Source: Mesotaenium endlicherianum
Lineage: Eukaryota
DNA length: 64,000 bases
Reading direction: 5' to 3'
Assembly: GCA_009602735.1 (NCBI GenBank)
Contig: WELA01003597.1
Span: 504,882-568,881 of the forward strand
Shown: piece after piece, positions 1-11,175 of the stretch
Layout of the letters: every line of letters begins with the position of its first letter
Numbering within the stretch: position 1 is the stretch's first letter
Position numbers and translations under genes: made by a program
Notes under the pieces: model-generated
Databases searched by the model: none
What the model saw: the letters and a program-made list of their open reading frames with translations, nothing else
Told to the model about the DNA's origin: nothing

Positions 1-1859
1 CTGGCCGTGCAGGCCTGCGCGCATGCGCCACTTGGCAGCGCGTGGGTGCAGCTGTTGTGCGTGGCTGCAGCTGCCGCCGTGACGACGTCGTGGCGTCGCC
101 GGGTGTGCCGCGTGGGAGCCAACGTGCGTGCGTGCATGCTGTTGTTGGCAGAGGCGGCCCCGTCTGCCCTGCACATGCCACGTGGCGATCCCTGCTGGAG
201 CCTGCTGTCTGCCGCAGCAAGCGGGGACCGGCTGTCCCTGCCTGTGCGCAGAGCTGCGCACGGGCGTGCCGTACGGACGGAGTGGGACGTTGCGGCCGGA
301 CCCGCTGTAGCCGTGCACGCCGCCAGGTGCCCCCATCCCTGCCTGCCAGTTGTTGCTACGCGGGCCGACGTGAGGCCTGCTGGTGTCAGCAGGGAAGCGC
401 AAGCCAGGGGCTCTGTCGGGGCCTCGGCTGGCGCGCGGGCTGGCCCGCATGTGCGGGAGTTTGCGCCGGCTGTCAGCGCCGTGGCGTAGGACGGTGGAAC
501 AGACGCGAGGAGTGCTCCGCAGGCGTCATAGTTATCGATGTCGACGAGGCCACGGAGTCTAGCGATCTCCGCGTTGGCCTCTACGAGGGCGTCGCTGACG
601 TCGTCGAAGCTGCAGTAGTCGGCTCCAGGCATCAATGCGGCGTCCGTCGTGGCCGTACCTGCTGTCATCGCGGGGCGGCCACCCGTACGAGGGTTGCGTG
701 CGCCTCGCTGTCCTGTTGAAGGCGTAGGGCCGTCGCGAGCGCGTCCGTTCTCGATGTCGCGCTTCTTTTGTAGACAGACGATCTGCAGGTGGCCGGCCTT
801 GCCACAATAGGTGCAGTCGCCGGGCTTGCCATTCTGCGCGAGAGTGCAGTTCTGGCGTGAGTGGCCCATCTTACCGCAGGACCAGCAGGGATCGCTCGTG
901 GTGGCAGCCATGGAAATGCGGCCACGCGTAGCCCCGCGCTGCTGCGTCTGCTGGGGCGGCTGAGAGCGCTGAGGCTGCTGCTGCTGCAACTGGGGCTGGC
1001 GGGCAGGCGTCTTGCGCGTCGTAGAAGACGGCAGCATCGAGGCCTCCTGGCGCACGCCCGTGGATGCTAAGCCCACACGGTCGCTAATGTTGCTCCGTGG
1101 GGCGGCCAAGCTCTGCTTCTCAACGGAGAGGTAGGCCTGCTCCAGAGAATACTCTGAACCGTGGCGGTCGATGAGGGGGACTACGGCCCTCTCCCTCAGA
1201 CGCGGCTCGACGGCACGCAAGAAGATCTCCGTGGCCTCCCGGTCAGTGACAGTACTGACATCGCGGCGGAGGTGCACCAAGCGGCGGTACATCATGCGGA
1301 TAGTCTCGTTCTTGCGTCGGAAGAAATGGTGCAGCTCGTACACCTTTTCTTCAGTTGCAGCTTGGAACTCCGTCTTCAGGATGTTCCAGAAGGCTTGCAC
1401 TGGATCAGCTAGCAGGGTTGCCACTGGTGGGTCACCCACAAGCTCAGTGCGGGTCCGGAGCTCGGCCTCCTTTTCACGAAAGGTGTCGCGGGCCTCGTGC
1501 GAGAGGTAGCGCATAAGTGTGTCGAAGACGTCGCGCTTAGTCAGCGTGGGTGTCTTGAGCTTTGCAGCCGCGAAGTCAGCCTGAAACTCCGAGATGGTAT
1601 CTTCCAGATCACAGGTGCCTGGCCTACCGCTGAAGCGGTAGGCAGACCTGTCAGTCCTGACCTTGTGGTCACCTGCCATGGGATACCAGAAATCGTAGTG
1701 AGCCCACTGGGGAGATGGCTCAAAAGCAACTGCTGTGTGCTGGAGAGCAGGTTGCTCTTCATCGGCGGGTTCAGTGATAGTGCTGAGATCTGAGTCTGAG
1801 TCTTCTCCACTAACCCCTTCGTAGTATGGCTGATAAGAAAGCCCACTACGGGTAGGCAT
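1..1859 (-). CDS. gag: LTR-retrotransposon Gag-like ORF with two CCHC zinc knuckles (open to left edge; absent from ORF track)
   Basis: Manual translation from ATG at 1859 (MPTRSGLSY...) gives about 619 codons with no stop to position 1. It contains CWSCGKMGHSRQNC and CTYCGKAGHLQIVC (about 890-775), with an LTR-end/PBS-like junction and a TATA box upstream. Confidence 0.8.
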   Translation of the reverse strand, partial: MPTRSGLSYQPYYEGVSGEDSDSDLSTITEPADEEQPALQHTAVAFEPSPQWAHYDFWYPMAGDHKVRTDRSAYRFSGRPGTCDLEDTISEFQADFAAAKLKTPTLTKRDVFDTLMRYLSHEARDTFREKEAELRTRTELVGDPPVATLLADPVQAFWNILKTEFQAATEEKVYELHHFFRRKNETIRMMYRRLVHLRRDVSTVTDREATEIFLRAVEPRLRERAVVPLIDRHGSEYSLEQAYLSVEKQSLAAPRSNISDRVGLASTGVRQEASMLPSSTTRKTPARQPQLQQQQPQRSQPPQQTQQRGATRGRISMAATTSDPCWSCGKMGHSRQNCTLAQNGKPGDCTYCGKAGHLQIVCLQKKRDIENGRARDGPTPSTGQRGARNPRTGGRPAMTAGTATTDAALMPGADYCSFDDVSDALVEANAEIARLRGLVDIDNYDACGALLASVPPSYATALTAGANSRTCGPARAPAEAPTEPLACASLLTPAGLTSARVATTGRQGWGHLAACTATAGPAATSHSVRTARPCAALRTGRDSRSPLAAADSRLQQGSPRGMCRADGAASANNSMHARTLAPTRHTRRRHDVVTAAAAATHNSCTHALPSGACAQACTA

Positions 1860-2061
1860 ACGCTGAAGGTTCTAATTGCTTGAAGGCAAAGAGAGATCTT
1901 TTAGAAGTAAGGGAAGTGTACTCTCCAGAGTGAGCACCTCAAGACTGTAATCTGGTAGGAAAACAACTAATGAAGTATGGCCCAAAAGATCACTGGAAGC
2001 ACATCATGATCTTCAGAGTAGTCCTATGGCAAGGGCTTAAGCTGTGACTTTGCTCACCACT

Positions 2062-3540
2062 TGTGAAGTTCTTCAAGTGACTGGAAGCCTGGAGGGCTTG
2101 CTCTTCACAAGAGAGTAACTAAGTGGTCCTGAAAACACAAGAGATAAAAGTGTAAGCTTTACTGATAATCTCTGTTACTTACACCTGGCATAATGGACTT
2201 CTAAAAGATGTCTCTTCTAGGGACATCTCTAGTATTTATACTCCTGGAAATCCGGCGGGGTACGCGGCGGATCCAATGCATGTAGTCACTCTAGGAGGCT
2301 CTCCTATGTCCACTAATGTGTACAAGGCATGTACTAGCACTCCTATAGGCTAAGCATAACTCAAACCAATCAAAGCAAGGTGCGTAGGATATGCTACGTG
2401 TCCCTCATTGGCCGAGCTTACCTTGGGTGATTCTACCTAGATAGCGCCTCAAAAGTGGATCTGGAAATTGAGGAAGCTTCCTCTAGGAGTAGGTGATGCA
2501 GTCACCAAGTTATAGCCTCAATGATGCACATATACTATGGAAATGCAAAGCTTATGTAGGCTAAGGGGCTCGCGGATTTGTGCGCACAAGCTAGGGGTTT
2601 TAGGGGGTCACGAATAGGCAAGAATGTGCACATTGAAACACAAATTGCCCTTTGGTGAGGATCCGCTAGGGGCCGGTTGGTGACGCGGACTAGATCGCTC
2701 ATATCTCGCGCGATACATGACCAAATGACGCGAACCCGGTGCCATTCGGAAGGTGACTCAACGCGCTACACTTTGGTGACTTGGAAATTGAGAAAAGGTC
2801 AACGTATGGATGCGTAAAGTCTATGCAAAGTCGGCCTTCCTAGGTTGATGGTTCACACATGTGGAGCTCGGTTTCGTGCGGCAACCTCGACTCAATAAAT
2901 CATGACACTCTTCTCTTCTCGCAGTTTCTGGACAGAAAGCTAAAACTACTACCGGCAATAGGTCTCTACATAATAAAATCTGAAAATTTACCTCGCTATA
3001 TTCCATGAGTAGCTGGTCATTTAGAGTCCAAGTTTGCTCAATTTAGAGCACTGATGAGAGAGATATGATGCTCTAAGTAGCAGGGGGTCAGGCTGCTGGC
3101 ATTGTTAGGGCAGAATAGGCCTTCTGACATTGTGCCCTCCCCTGAACTTGGAATGCTCTAAACTCAAGACTCTGGTAGAACATCTTACAGCGCCCAGTTT
3201 GAGACTTAGTTTGCAGAATTTGGAGAAGTATAGAAGGACTTACAATTTTCAGAAGTTTCTGCACAGATTTGGAGGAGTGCCTAATCTCTCAGCTCTCAAC
3301 GATACTCCACAAGTTAGAATGCTCTCAAATCTGGTGACCCAGTAGAGTTCTCCGACGTAGTCCGTCTGGCACTCAAATTTTCAGATTTGGAGCAGTTTTG
3401 TGGACGCTATGAATTTTTGAATTTGTGGGAGATTCTGGGCCAACTTGCACAATTTTCGTTATCATAAAGGAATAGGCTTGCCAATAAGGTCACACCACCC
3501 ACGACCTTGCCTAGTCTACCTTACACTAATCCTGTTCACA
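2062..3540 (-). repeat. Putative 5' LTR of the gag-bearing element (right boundary uncertain)
   Basis: Minus strand reads ...cttcaca|ag|TGGTGAGCA at 2062-2051 (LTR end plus PBS-like site), with TATAAAT on the minus strand at about 2234-2240. A matching TTCACA terminus occurs at 3540, with an alternative at 2857. Confidence 0.4.
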
Positions 3541-3638
3541 TGTGTGGCATCTGACTTGAAGCTGTTGACTAGTCTGCTCCACATGTGTAAGACCTTACTT
3601 GACGCGCCGAGACGTTGTTTTTTCTGTCGGGGGGGTAA

Positions 3639-4140
3639 TGTAGTGATTTGAGTTATTATATATTAGTTTGCATATATTTTAATGTTTTCAAATATATTTG
3701 GAGTAGTATTGTGTGGAGTCAAGTGTGAATAGGTACTCTAGTAACTTGGTTCATGTCCTTTGAACCTTCCAAGGCATTTTCGAAGTTAGAGGAAAGACCT
3801 AGAAGAACTCCATGTGGCAAAAGTCAGATGTGCCATTTTTAGGTCAAAAGGACATGTGTACATTATTCTAGAAAGAGGTGGCAAGTTTTGGGATGTGTTG
3901 GGTGCCAACACATCAACATACACCTTCCTAGAAATTACTTATGTAGCAAGTATATAAACAAGAGCTAGAACATAGAAAGACATTCCAGAATCACTCTTGT
4001 ACTTGCCAAATTCCAAAAATGTATTAACTATCAAGAAGCCATCTCTCTTTCAAGAAGCTACCACTTGTGTTTAAAGATCCTTGTCTTGAATAGATAAAGT
4101 ATTATATTCACTAAGTACTTTATCTATCTGTTTCACTACA
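3639..4140 (+). repeat. 3' LTR of a plus-strand LTR retrotransposon
   Basis: 8-bp terminal inverted repeats TGTAGTGA...TCACTACA, immediately preceded by a G-run PPT (cgggggggtaa). Internal TATATAAA at about 3951; sharp switch to GC-rich coding-like DNA at 4141. Confidence 0.7.
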
Positions 4141-4348
4141 CCGTCTCCCCCGCAGCCTCGAGGCGCTTCACGACCGACACGTACAGGGAGCTCCGGCACG
4201 TCGCCAGGATGCTGGCTCTCAGAGACCACGGCAAGGCCTCGATCTTTCCCCAGTCTTCCTACACTCTCCCCCTGCCAAACCACTGGACCAGGGCCGCCTT
4301 GCCCCTCGCCTGCTCCTCGGACCACGACAGCTCGTGCGCGCCGGGGAC
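4141..4348 (-). pseudogene. Displaced 3' part of the C5-DNA-methyltransferase gene (PWWP-like segment)
   Basis: Removing the Gypsy element and one TSD joins ...VVDLAPVAT (16302) in frame to VPGAHELSWSEEQARGKAALVQWFGRGRV*EDWGKIEALPW... Confidence 0.65.
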
Positions 4349-4353
4349 CGCTG

Positions 4354-4759
4354 TGAAAGGGGCAGAGCTCCCTAGTGGAAGCGTAGTAACTCACGAGGAA
4401 AGAAACTAGTTGCAATTATACTAAAGAGTGCAGCGGCATATCACTAAGAAAGTTTAGGGAAATTACTTGACATTTTGACTAGCAAGAAATTACTCACAAA
4501 TGATGTAGGATGGAAGGTCTTGTCATTACAAATCGGTAGAAATTTACAGAATCGAAAACTGATCAGAAATGAAGTAATTATGTCTATTTATAGTTTTCTA
4601 CGACGGTCGCTCGCCCCTAGGCGGGAGGGCCGCTTAGCAACGGATTTTCCGAAGTGTTTGTCCCTTCCATAATATTTGTGAGAAAGCCAGATTAGTCTCA
4701 TCTGACGTGTCGGGTCGATTTGAACTTTATATCAAAATGACCACAAAAACAAACTCTAC
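4354..4759 (-). repeat. Chromovirus 3' LTR, left part
   Basis: Aligns to about 15820-16233 (tgaaaggggca...accacaaaaacaaa.tctac). Confidence 0.92.
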
Positions 4760-5564
4760 CATGGTTACGCCGTACGCGTATCTGACGCTCTTGATACGCT
4801 AAATTTAGCGTATCAAGTTGGTACGTGCGTATCAAGCGTACAAAATTTTTGCACACCTGTGCGCCGCCCACGACGCCGTTCGACGGCCGTTTGGTCCGGT
4901 GCTCAATGTTTTTCCATTTCAAAGTTTCTCGTCGACAACGTGGGACGGGGATAAAAATAAAGGTTGAACACAGTTCGATGAGTTAGGGCAGTCAATGGCG
5001 GGAACACCAGAACCTTTGTGCCTTTCAGTTTGGCTGCTGGCAAGCAAGAACTAATTGCTGTGTTAGGTACGAGGATTTAATTCGCAGCATGTACACTAGT
5101 GACTACTGACTAGAGTCTATTTATTGTCATTTTTCGCGTATTCTTCATTCGTATGTAGAGTGGTATCCAAAACGAAGGAAGGCAATCATTTTAGCAGATC
5201 AGTGTGGCGCGGCAAGACGCGAATAATAGGTTGAGAAAGAGTACCTGATAGCTTGCAGGTGATCATAATCTGGCTATCCTCAACTTTCAGAGCACCTCCC
5301 ATGCATACCATCTTGTGCTCCTGAGTTTGGCAGGTGTGCACATAGGGCTGCCAGGCGTGTGCGAGGCGGACCAGGAGTTGTCCTTCTGCGCTTACACATT
5401 GCTGACCTCGTGAGCCCCGCACTGTCCCTCTCCACTCTTGCTTGCACTCCTCATCTCGCCTCCGCCGCCACGTTGTGCTCTTCCAGTAGCAGCACTGCCG
5501 GGATTGGGCTTCTGTGGCTGCTGCTTGCTGGGTGCCTGATTAGTGGCAACGTTAGATCATCTGA

Positions 5565-6670
5565 TAGGGGAGGCAAGGGAAGGCAGAGAGGGTGTGCGGA
5601 AGGGAGCAAGCTAGGCAAGGGACGAGGGAGGAGGGAGGAGAGAGAGGGCAGGGAGGGAGGAAGCAGGAGGGAGGGAGGAGCAGGCAAAGATGTGCAGCGC
5701 TGCCTGCTGCTGCCTGCACACTCTCCCTTGCAGGCTCAGAGGTGTGCAGATGGAAGCAGGCGGGAGGAGGAAGGTGGTAGGAGGTAGGAGGTAGGAGGGA
5801 GGAGAGAGTGGGCAGGGAAGAAGGAAGCAAGAGGGAGGAGGGAGCGGTCAGGGATGTGCAGCACTACCTGCTGCTGCCTGCACACTCTTTATCTCTTGCA
5901 GGCTCTGGCAGCAGGCTCTGGCTTGTTGGGGTGGGCGGGGGAGTGGGGGGGCTGCTCCTCTCGCGGGGCTGGCAATCATGAGGGGGCTGCAACATAAGCA
6001 TCTGCACCCCTTTTCGCCCTCCTTAGTGTGTCCAAGGGCTGTCCTCGCCTCCTGTTTTAAGGTGTGGAGAGGTCTGTGCAGGGGCTGTCTGGGGCAGGGC
6101 GGGGCAGGGCAGGGCAACGGGCAGAGAGGCTGTGCAGAAGGGAGCAGGTTAGGCGAGGGAGAGGGAGGAGGGAGGAGGGAGGAGGGAGGAGAGTGGGCAA
6201 GGAGGGAGGAAGCAAGAGGGAGGAGGGAACGGGCAGGGATGTGCAACGCTGCCTGCTGCTGCCTGCACACTCTCCGTCTCTTGCAGGCTCTGGCAGCAGG
6301 CTCTGGCTTGTTGGGGTGGGCGGGGGAGTGGGGGGGCTGCTCCTCTCGCGGGGCTGGCAATCATGAGGGGGCTGCAACATAAGCATCTACACCCCTTCTC
6401 GCCCTCCTTAGTGTGTCCAGGGGCTGTCCTCGCCTCTTCTTTTAGCATGTGGAGAGGTCTGTGCAGGGGCTGTCTGGGGCAGGGCAAGGCAGGGCAGAGA
6501 GCAAACAGGCTGTGCAAAAGGGAGCAGGTTAGGCGAGGGAGAGGGAGGAGGGAGGAGGGAGGAGAGTGGGCAGGGAGGGAGGAAGCAAGAGGGAGGAGGG
6601 AACGGGCAGGGATGTGCAGCGCAACCTGCTGCTGCTTGCCCACTCTCTGCCTCTTGCAGGCTCTGGCAGA
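5565..6670. repeat. Purine-rich tandem repeat of about 385 bp (2+ copies plus a partial) inside the hAT
   Basis: 5978 and 6363 begin near-identical units (offset 385); partial unit at about 5565-5740. Confidence 0.85.
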
Positions 6671-6712
6671 TGTCGATGTGCTGACCCCACCCACTCTTGC
6701 ATGGCACGTGCC

Positions 6713-6814
6713 TGGCAGCCCGCAGCCGAGAAGTACCTGAACGACAAGAAGGCCTTCTTCCACGAGTACGTTGAGGCGCACAAGAAGCTCAGCGAGCTGG
6801 GCGCCAAGCTTCAG
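6713..6814 (+). pseudogene. APX: Captured ascorbate peroxidase C-terminal exon fragment
   Basis: WQPAAEKYLNDKKAFFHEYVEAHKKLSELGAKLQ matches the class I peroxidase/APX C-terminal pattern (EKYA.D..AFF.DY.EAH.KLSELG) and is followed by a GTGAG donor at 6815. Confidence 0.75.
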
Positions 6815-7743
6815 GTGAGCTCCATGACTAGCGTGCCGTGCCTGGCCTCTGGCTTTGTCGCCCCTTTTTTGCAACCAGCCTCTGCCTGAATTGTTGATTA
6901 ATCCAATGAAGGGAGCTTGGGGGGGGGGAAGGGGGGGGGGGGATGCAGGCTCAGACGGTCTCAACGCGCACAAATCTGCGTGTGGTGACCTTGCAACCTC
7001 TTGCACTTGAAGCCTGAAGGTGTGCGCAAGGCTTGCGCCCTACCTGGCCCGTGTCTCTGCGCGCTTCATCGCAGCCACCTCTTGCCTGATTTGTCAATTA
7101 ATGCAATGAAGGGCTGTTGGTGGGGGGGGGGGGTGTAGGCTCAGAAGCTGGCTGCCCCGCCAAATCTGCGTACTTCGATCCTGCAAGCTCTCGCACATCG
7201 AGGTGAGCGTGAGGACTTGCACGCCCTGCCTGGCTTGTGGTTTTGCGCGTTCGTTTGCTGCCAGCCCTTGCTTGAATTGTTGATTATGGCAAAGAAGGGG
7301 GGCTTTTGGAGGGGGGGGTGTGGGTGCATGCTCGAAAGCAGACTGCTCCGCACAAATCTCGTGCGTCGACCCTGCGACCACTCGCAGTTACAGGTCAGCG
7401 CGAGGACTAGCACGCCTATCCCCCTGCCTTTTTGCATGTATGTGTGTGCGCATGACTTGCCTGCATGCGCGCGTTCTTGTGCGCTTCATTGTGGGGCTGT
7501 GGGGCAGCCCGCAACAGCACGCCCGTCGACGCTGCTACGCTGCTGCACATGTGGCGCTCGTTGGGAACGCTGCTGCGGGCTGCCCGGCGTCGTGGGGCAG
7601 CCCGCAATAGCGCGCCCAATGACGCTGCTGTGCGTGTGGCGGTTGTCGGGCACGCTGCTGTGGGCTGCCGCTTGTCGTCGTCGTCGTCGTTGTTGTCTTC
7701 TTGCCTTCTCCTTATTCTAACACTGTTTCTCTTGTCCATGCAG

Positions 7744-10098
7744 ATTTTTCTCAACATGTCTCTTCCCTCCACGTCATCCGCATCAACACTTGCTGCAGGG
7801 TCATCATCTGCAAGGCTACCTCGTTTGAGCAATGCAATAGAGTGGGGCCATGTGTCGGTCAATTGGAGCGGGGCTACTCGGAAGTGGAAATGCAACTACT
7901 GCAATAGAGAATTTGGCGGGGGAGTTCCTAGAATTCGCGGTCATTTAACGAGAGGGAGCAAGGATACTGGCGAGTGTGCAAAGGTACCCACAGAGGTTGT
8001 AGCGCTCATGATTAGGCGTCACCAGAACGTGTCGTCCATGGGGGAGGGCAAGAGACGTAGTAAGAGTGTCGTAGAGGAAAGACGTAGCCGCTTGCTTGGA
8101 AGGCCTTCTGCTGGTAATGGGGCTGGATATACCAGTCCAATTGCAAGTGCTGGGGGGGTAGGCTATGAGAGAGAGAGAGGACAAACGTCTCTCAATGACA
8201 TGTTTCAGCTGATGAATGCTGATAAAGTTCATGAGGTAGTTGCCCAATTTTTTTATGGTACTGGTTCTTCTTTCAATGTGGCTCGCTCCCCGTTGTTTAA
8301 GAACATAGTGGTTGCTGTCAGTAAGTACACAAAGCAAACTGGTGTAGTGTACACCCCATTGAAAGACAAGCCTCTTGGAAGTACTCTCTTAGATGCGGAG
8401 GTCAAGAGGCTAGAGGCGTGGGAGCGGACTCAGAAGAAGGGGTTGCCCTTTACAGGTTGTAGCGTTGTAGCAGATGGCTAGACAGATCCCAACGGTCACC
8501 CTCTTCTGAATGTCCTCATGGTCATAGCAGGTGTGGAGATATTTGTAGATGCTATCAATACCGAAGGGGAGAGGAAGACGGGAGAGTACATTGGTGAATA
8601 GCTCCTTAAAGCTGTGGAGAAAATAGGGCCTGAGCATGTTGTACTTCTTTGCACTGACTCTGCAGCCAACATCAAGAAGGGGTGTGAGTTAGTTCAGAAA
8701 GAGCACCCGCACATATTTTGGGCACTGTGTGCTGCCCACATCCTAGACCTGCTGTTGAAAGATCTAGGCAAGATCTCCGAGCTAGCGGACATCGTTGAGA
8801 GATTCAAAATTTTGGTTCAATTTGTGACTAACCACCATATGCCTCATGCACTCTATCGTGAGCATGGAGCGAGGCTATTGAATAAGTTAGAGTTGTTGAA
8901 ACCAGGACCTACCAGATTTGCAAGTAACTTTCTTTGCTTGCAGAGGCTGATCAGTGTCAGGGATACAGTACAAGCCATGGTGTCTGATAGTAGGTGGCTT
9001 GAGTGGGCAGCGATGAACAATTATGTGAGTGAGGCAGCACGGAATAGGGATTTAATTCGTGACAATCCAGTTTGGGAGAAAATGAAAGTGTGGGTGGATG
9101 TGTGTGAGCCGATAGTGGTGCTTTTGCGTTTGGCGGATTCTTCAACGCCTTCATTAGGAAAAAATTGGCATCGAATGAGTGGGATCTAGAAGCTTATTGC
9201 CAATTCACCAAGTCTCAAGGCTAGTCACAAGACCCAAGCAAAGAAGGAAGTGGAGGCACGTTGGGAGCAGCTTCACAGTCCGCTCCATTCTGCAGGCAAG
9301 TGTTCATACTTGATGCTTCTTCTTATGTTCTCCATGGCGTTAACATTATTTATTATGTTATTTAAATTTCGGCTAGCAATTTTGCCGGGCTAGCTTGTTG
9401 CTGTCAGGTGGTGCTATAAGGCAATTGCGTGTGTAAGTCTTTGTGCGTCCTGCTGAGCATTATTGTTTTTGTGGTTGCAGCATACTATCTGGACCCCGAG
9501 TTCCAGGACCATGACTCTTGGACCGCCGACAGGTGCCTACTCCCAGAGTACATGCAGGTGGTCAAGTGCATCATTGGAGGATCTGTAGCAGAACGTGCTA
9601 AGGTGGACCAAGAGTTGGCGCTCTATCGCCGATGTGGCGTTCGGCGATGATGTTGTGAAGGCCAACAAGACCAAGATGCCAGCTCACATTTGGTGGGAAA
9701 CATACGGAAGTGCGTGTCCTAACCTTCAAAGGGTTGCTATAAAAGTTCTCTCGCAACCTGCTTCTGCTGCTGCGTGTGAGAGAAACTGGTCTGAGTATGG
9801 TTTTGTTCATAACCCGCTACGAAATAGGCTGCTTGCAACGAGAGCAAGGAAGCTAGTGTATGTGCATTCCATGTTGAGGCTGCAAGAGAAGAGTGTGAAG
9901 TTGCTAAGCGGAGAAAGCGTTGGAGAAACGTCTTGGGTGGAGGAAGCAGACTTTGTGGAAGCGTCTGAAGAGGAGGTAGTACCTTCCCAAGATAACGTTG
10001 AGTTGTCTGAGGAAGAAGAGGCAGAGGAGGAGGTGGAGGAGCTGCCTCTTACTGTGGCAGCTCCAGGTAGAAGAAGATTCAGGTCAATTGACTACTAG
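7744..10098 (+). pseudogene. hAT transposase (BED finger, DUF659-type core, hAT C-terminal dimerisation domain), disrupted
   Basis: WKCNYC...RIRGHL BED finger; DG*TD; CTDSAAN; CAAHILDLLLKD; TRF; WW..YG..P.LQ.VAIKVLSQ..SAAACERNWS. Stops at 8479, 8599 and 9187; frameshift at about 9630; intron 9296-9480. Confidence 0.93.
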
Positions 10099-11107
10099 TC
10101 TTTATATGTAGCTTGCATGTGATTAACAGGAAAAACAAAACTGGAAGAGTCTTAATATATTGTATTATAATGTCAAATCCTATTAGCTTGCAAGTTATTT
10201 TTACCACCTTATGACAGAACGGCAAGATAAGTAAGGAACATCTTATGACAGAGGTAGGATTTGCATGTCATTGATGATTTGTATGAGCTTTTTTTTGCAA
10301 TCATGTAAGATTAAATTATTGACACATGAACTTTAATTTGCTATTACATGAACCATTATTAAAGAAGTGGTAGGATACGTATTGTTGCATATTTATCTAG
10401 TTAAGAAGCAATTCATACGTTATTGACCATGTAGGTAACTTGTAACTTGTGCACAAAAGTTACCACGCATACACATTTTGCGCTTCAAAATGTGTACCCA
10501 AAACTTTCTTCATGTGTAATTGGAAATCTTTTTTCTTATCATAACAACCTATATGACTCTGTCTTGAACAAGGAGATTATTCGAGTTAAGTTTGGACACA
10601 GCTAGTTAGGAAATTTGCCAAATAATATGAATCACAAATAGAGGATAAAATATTAAATAATCCAATATGCCATACACCAAACATGGAATGTAATATGCAC
10701 TTGTTCATAGATAAAACATACACCATCTTGAATGGACATAGTGATAAGTTACTTTGATTATACTGTGCATCATTCACATTTTGCTGCCAGCACCGGTGGC
10801 CAACTGGGTGAAGGGAAAAAAAAAACTTCAAAAGTTTCCGTAATATATTTTTTCTTTAACAAAAAACTTGCATGCGGGAAAAATTTTTGTTGCTGCCCGG
10901 CTTACTCAAAAAAAGGTACAATTGTACGGTTACGCGTGCGACTGTCAGGACTTACCGTCGACGTTCAAACTTAACGTCGTGACGTTGACATTAGCACATA
11001 TTAAGCGAATCGAGCGTATTGAGCTATTTTGTTATATAACGAATTTAGCGTATTAGCGTTTATAGCGTATATAGCGTACTAACGTATGGCGTAACCTTGA
11101 ACTCTAC

Positions 11108-11175
11108 ACTACTGTGCAATCAGAATATACTTTCATGAAACTCAAAATTGCATTTCATAAAGCTATGACCTTACA
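11108..11175 (-). repeat. Chromovirus 3' LTR, right part
   Basis: Matches about 16234-16301, ending ...atgaccttaca. Confidence 0.9.

Larger units (their letters stand above)
4760..11099 (+). mobile_element. hAT-superfamily DNA transposon, complete ends
   Basis: TIRs CATGGTTACGCCGTACG and (rc) CAAGGTTACGCCATACG match at 15/17. Perfect 8-bp TSD AACTCTAC at 4752-4759 and 11100-11107. Subterminal TAGCGTA/TACGCT motifs; internal transposase. Confidence 0.95.

Noticed and set aside
7..1793. Plus-strand ORFs over the first 1.8 kb
   Set aside because: Antisense shadows of the GC-rich minus-strand gag ORF
5359..7006. Many overlapping Pro/Gly/Arg-rich ORFs
   Set aside because: Products of the purine-rich tandem repeat; only the APX fragment is recognisable
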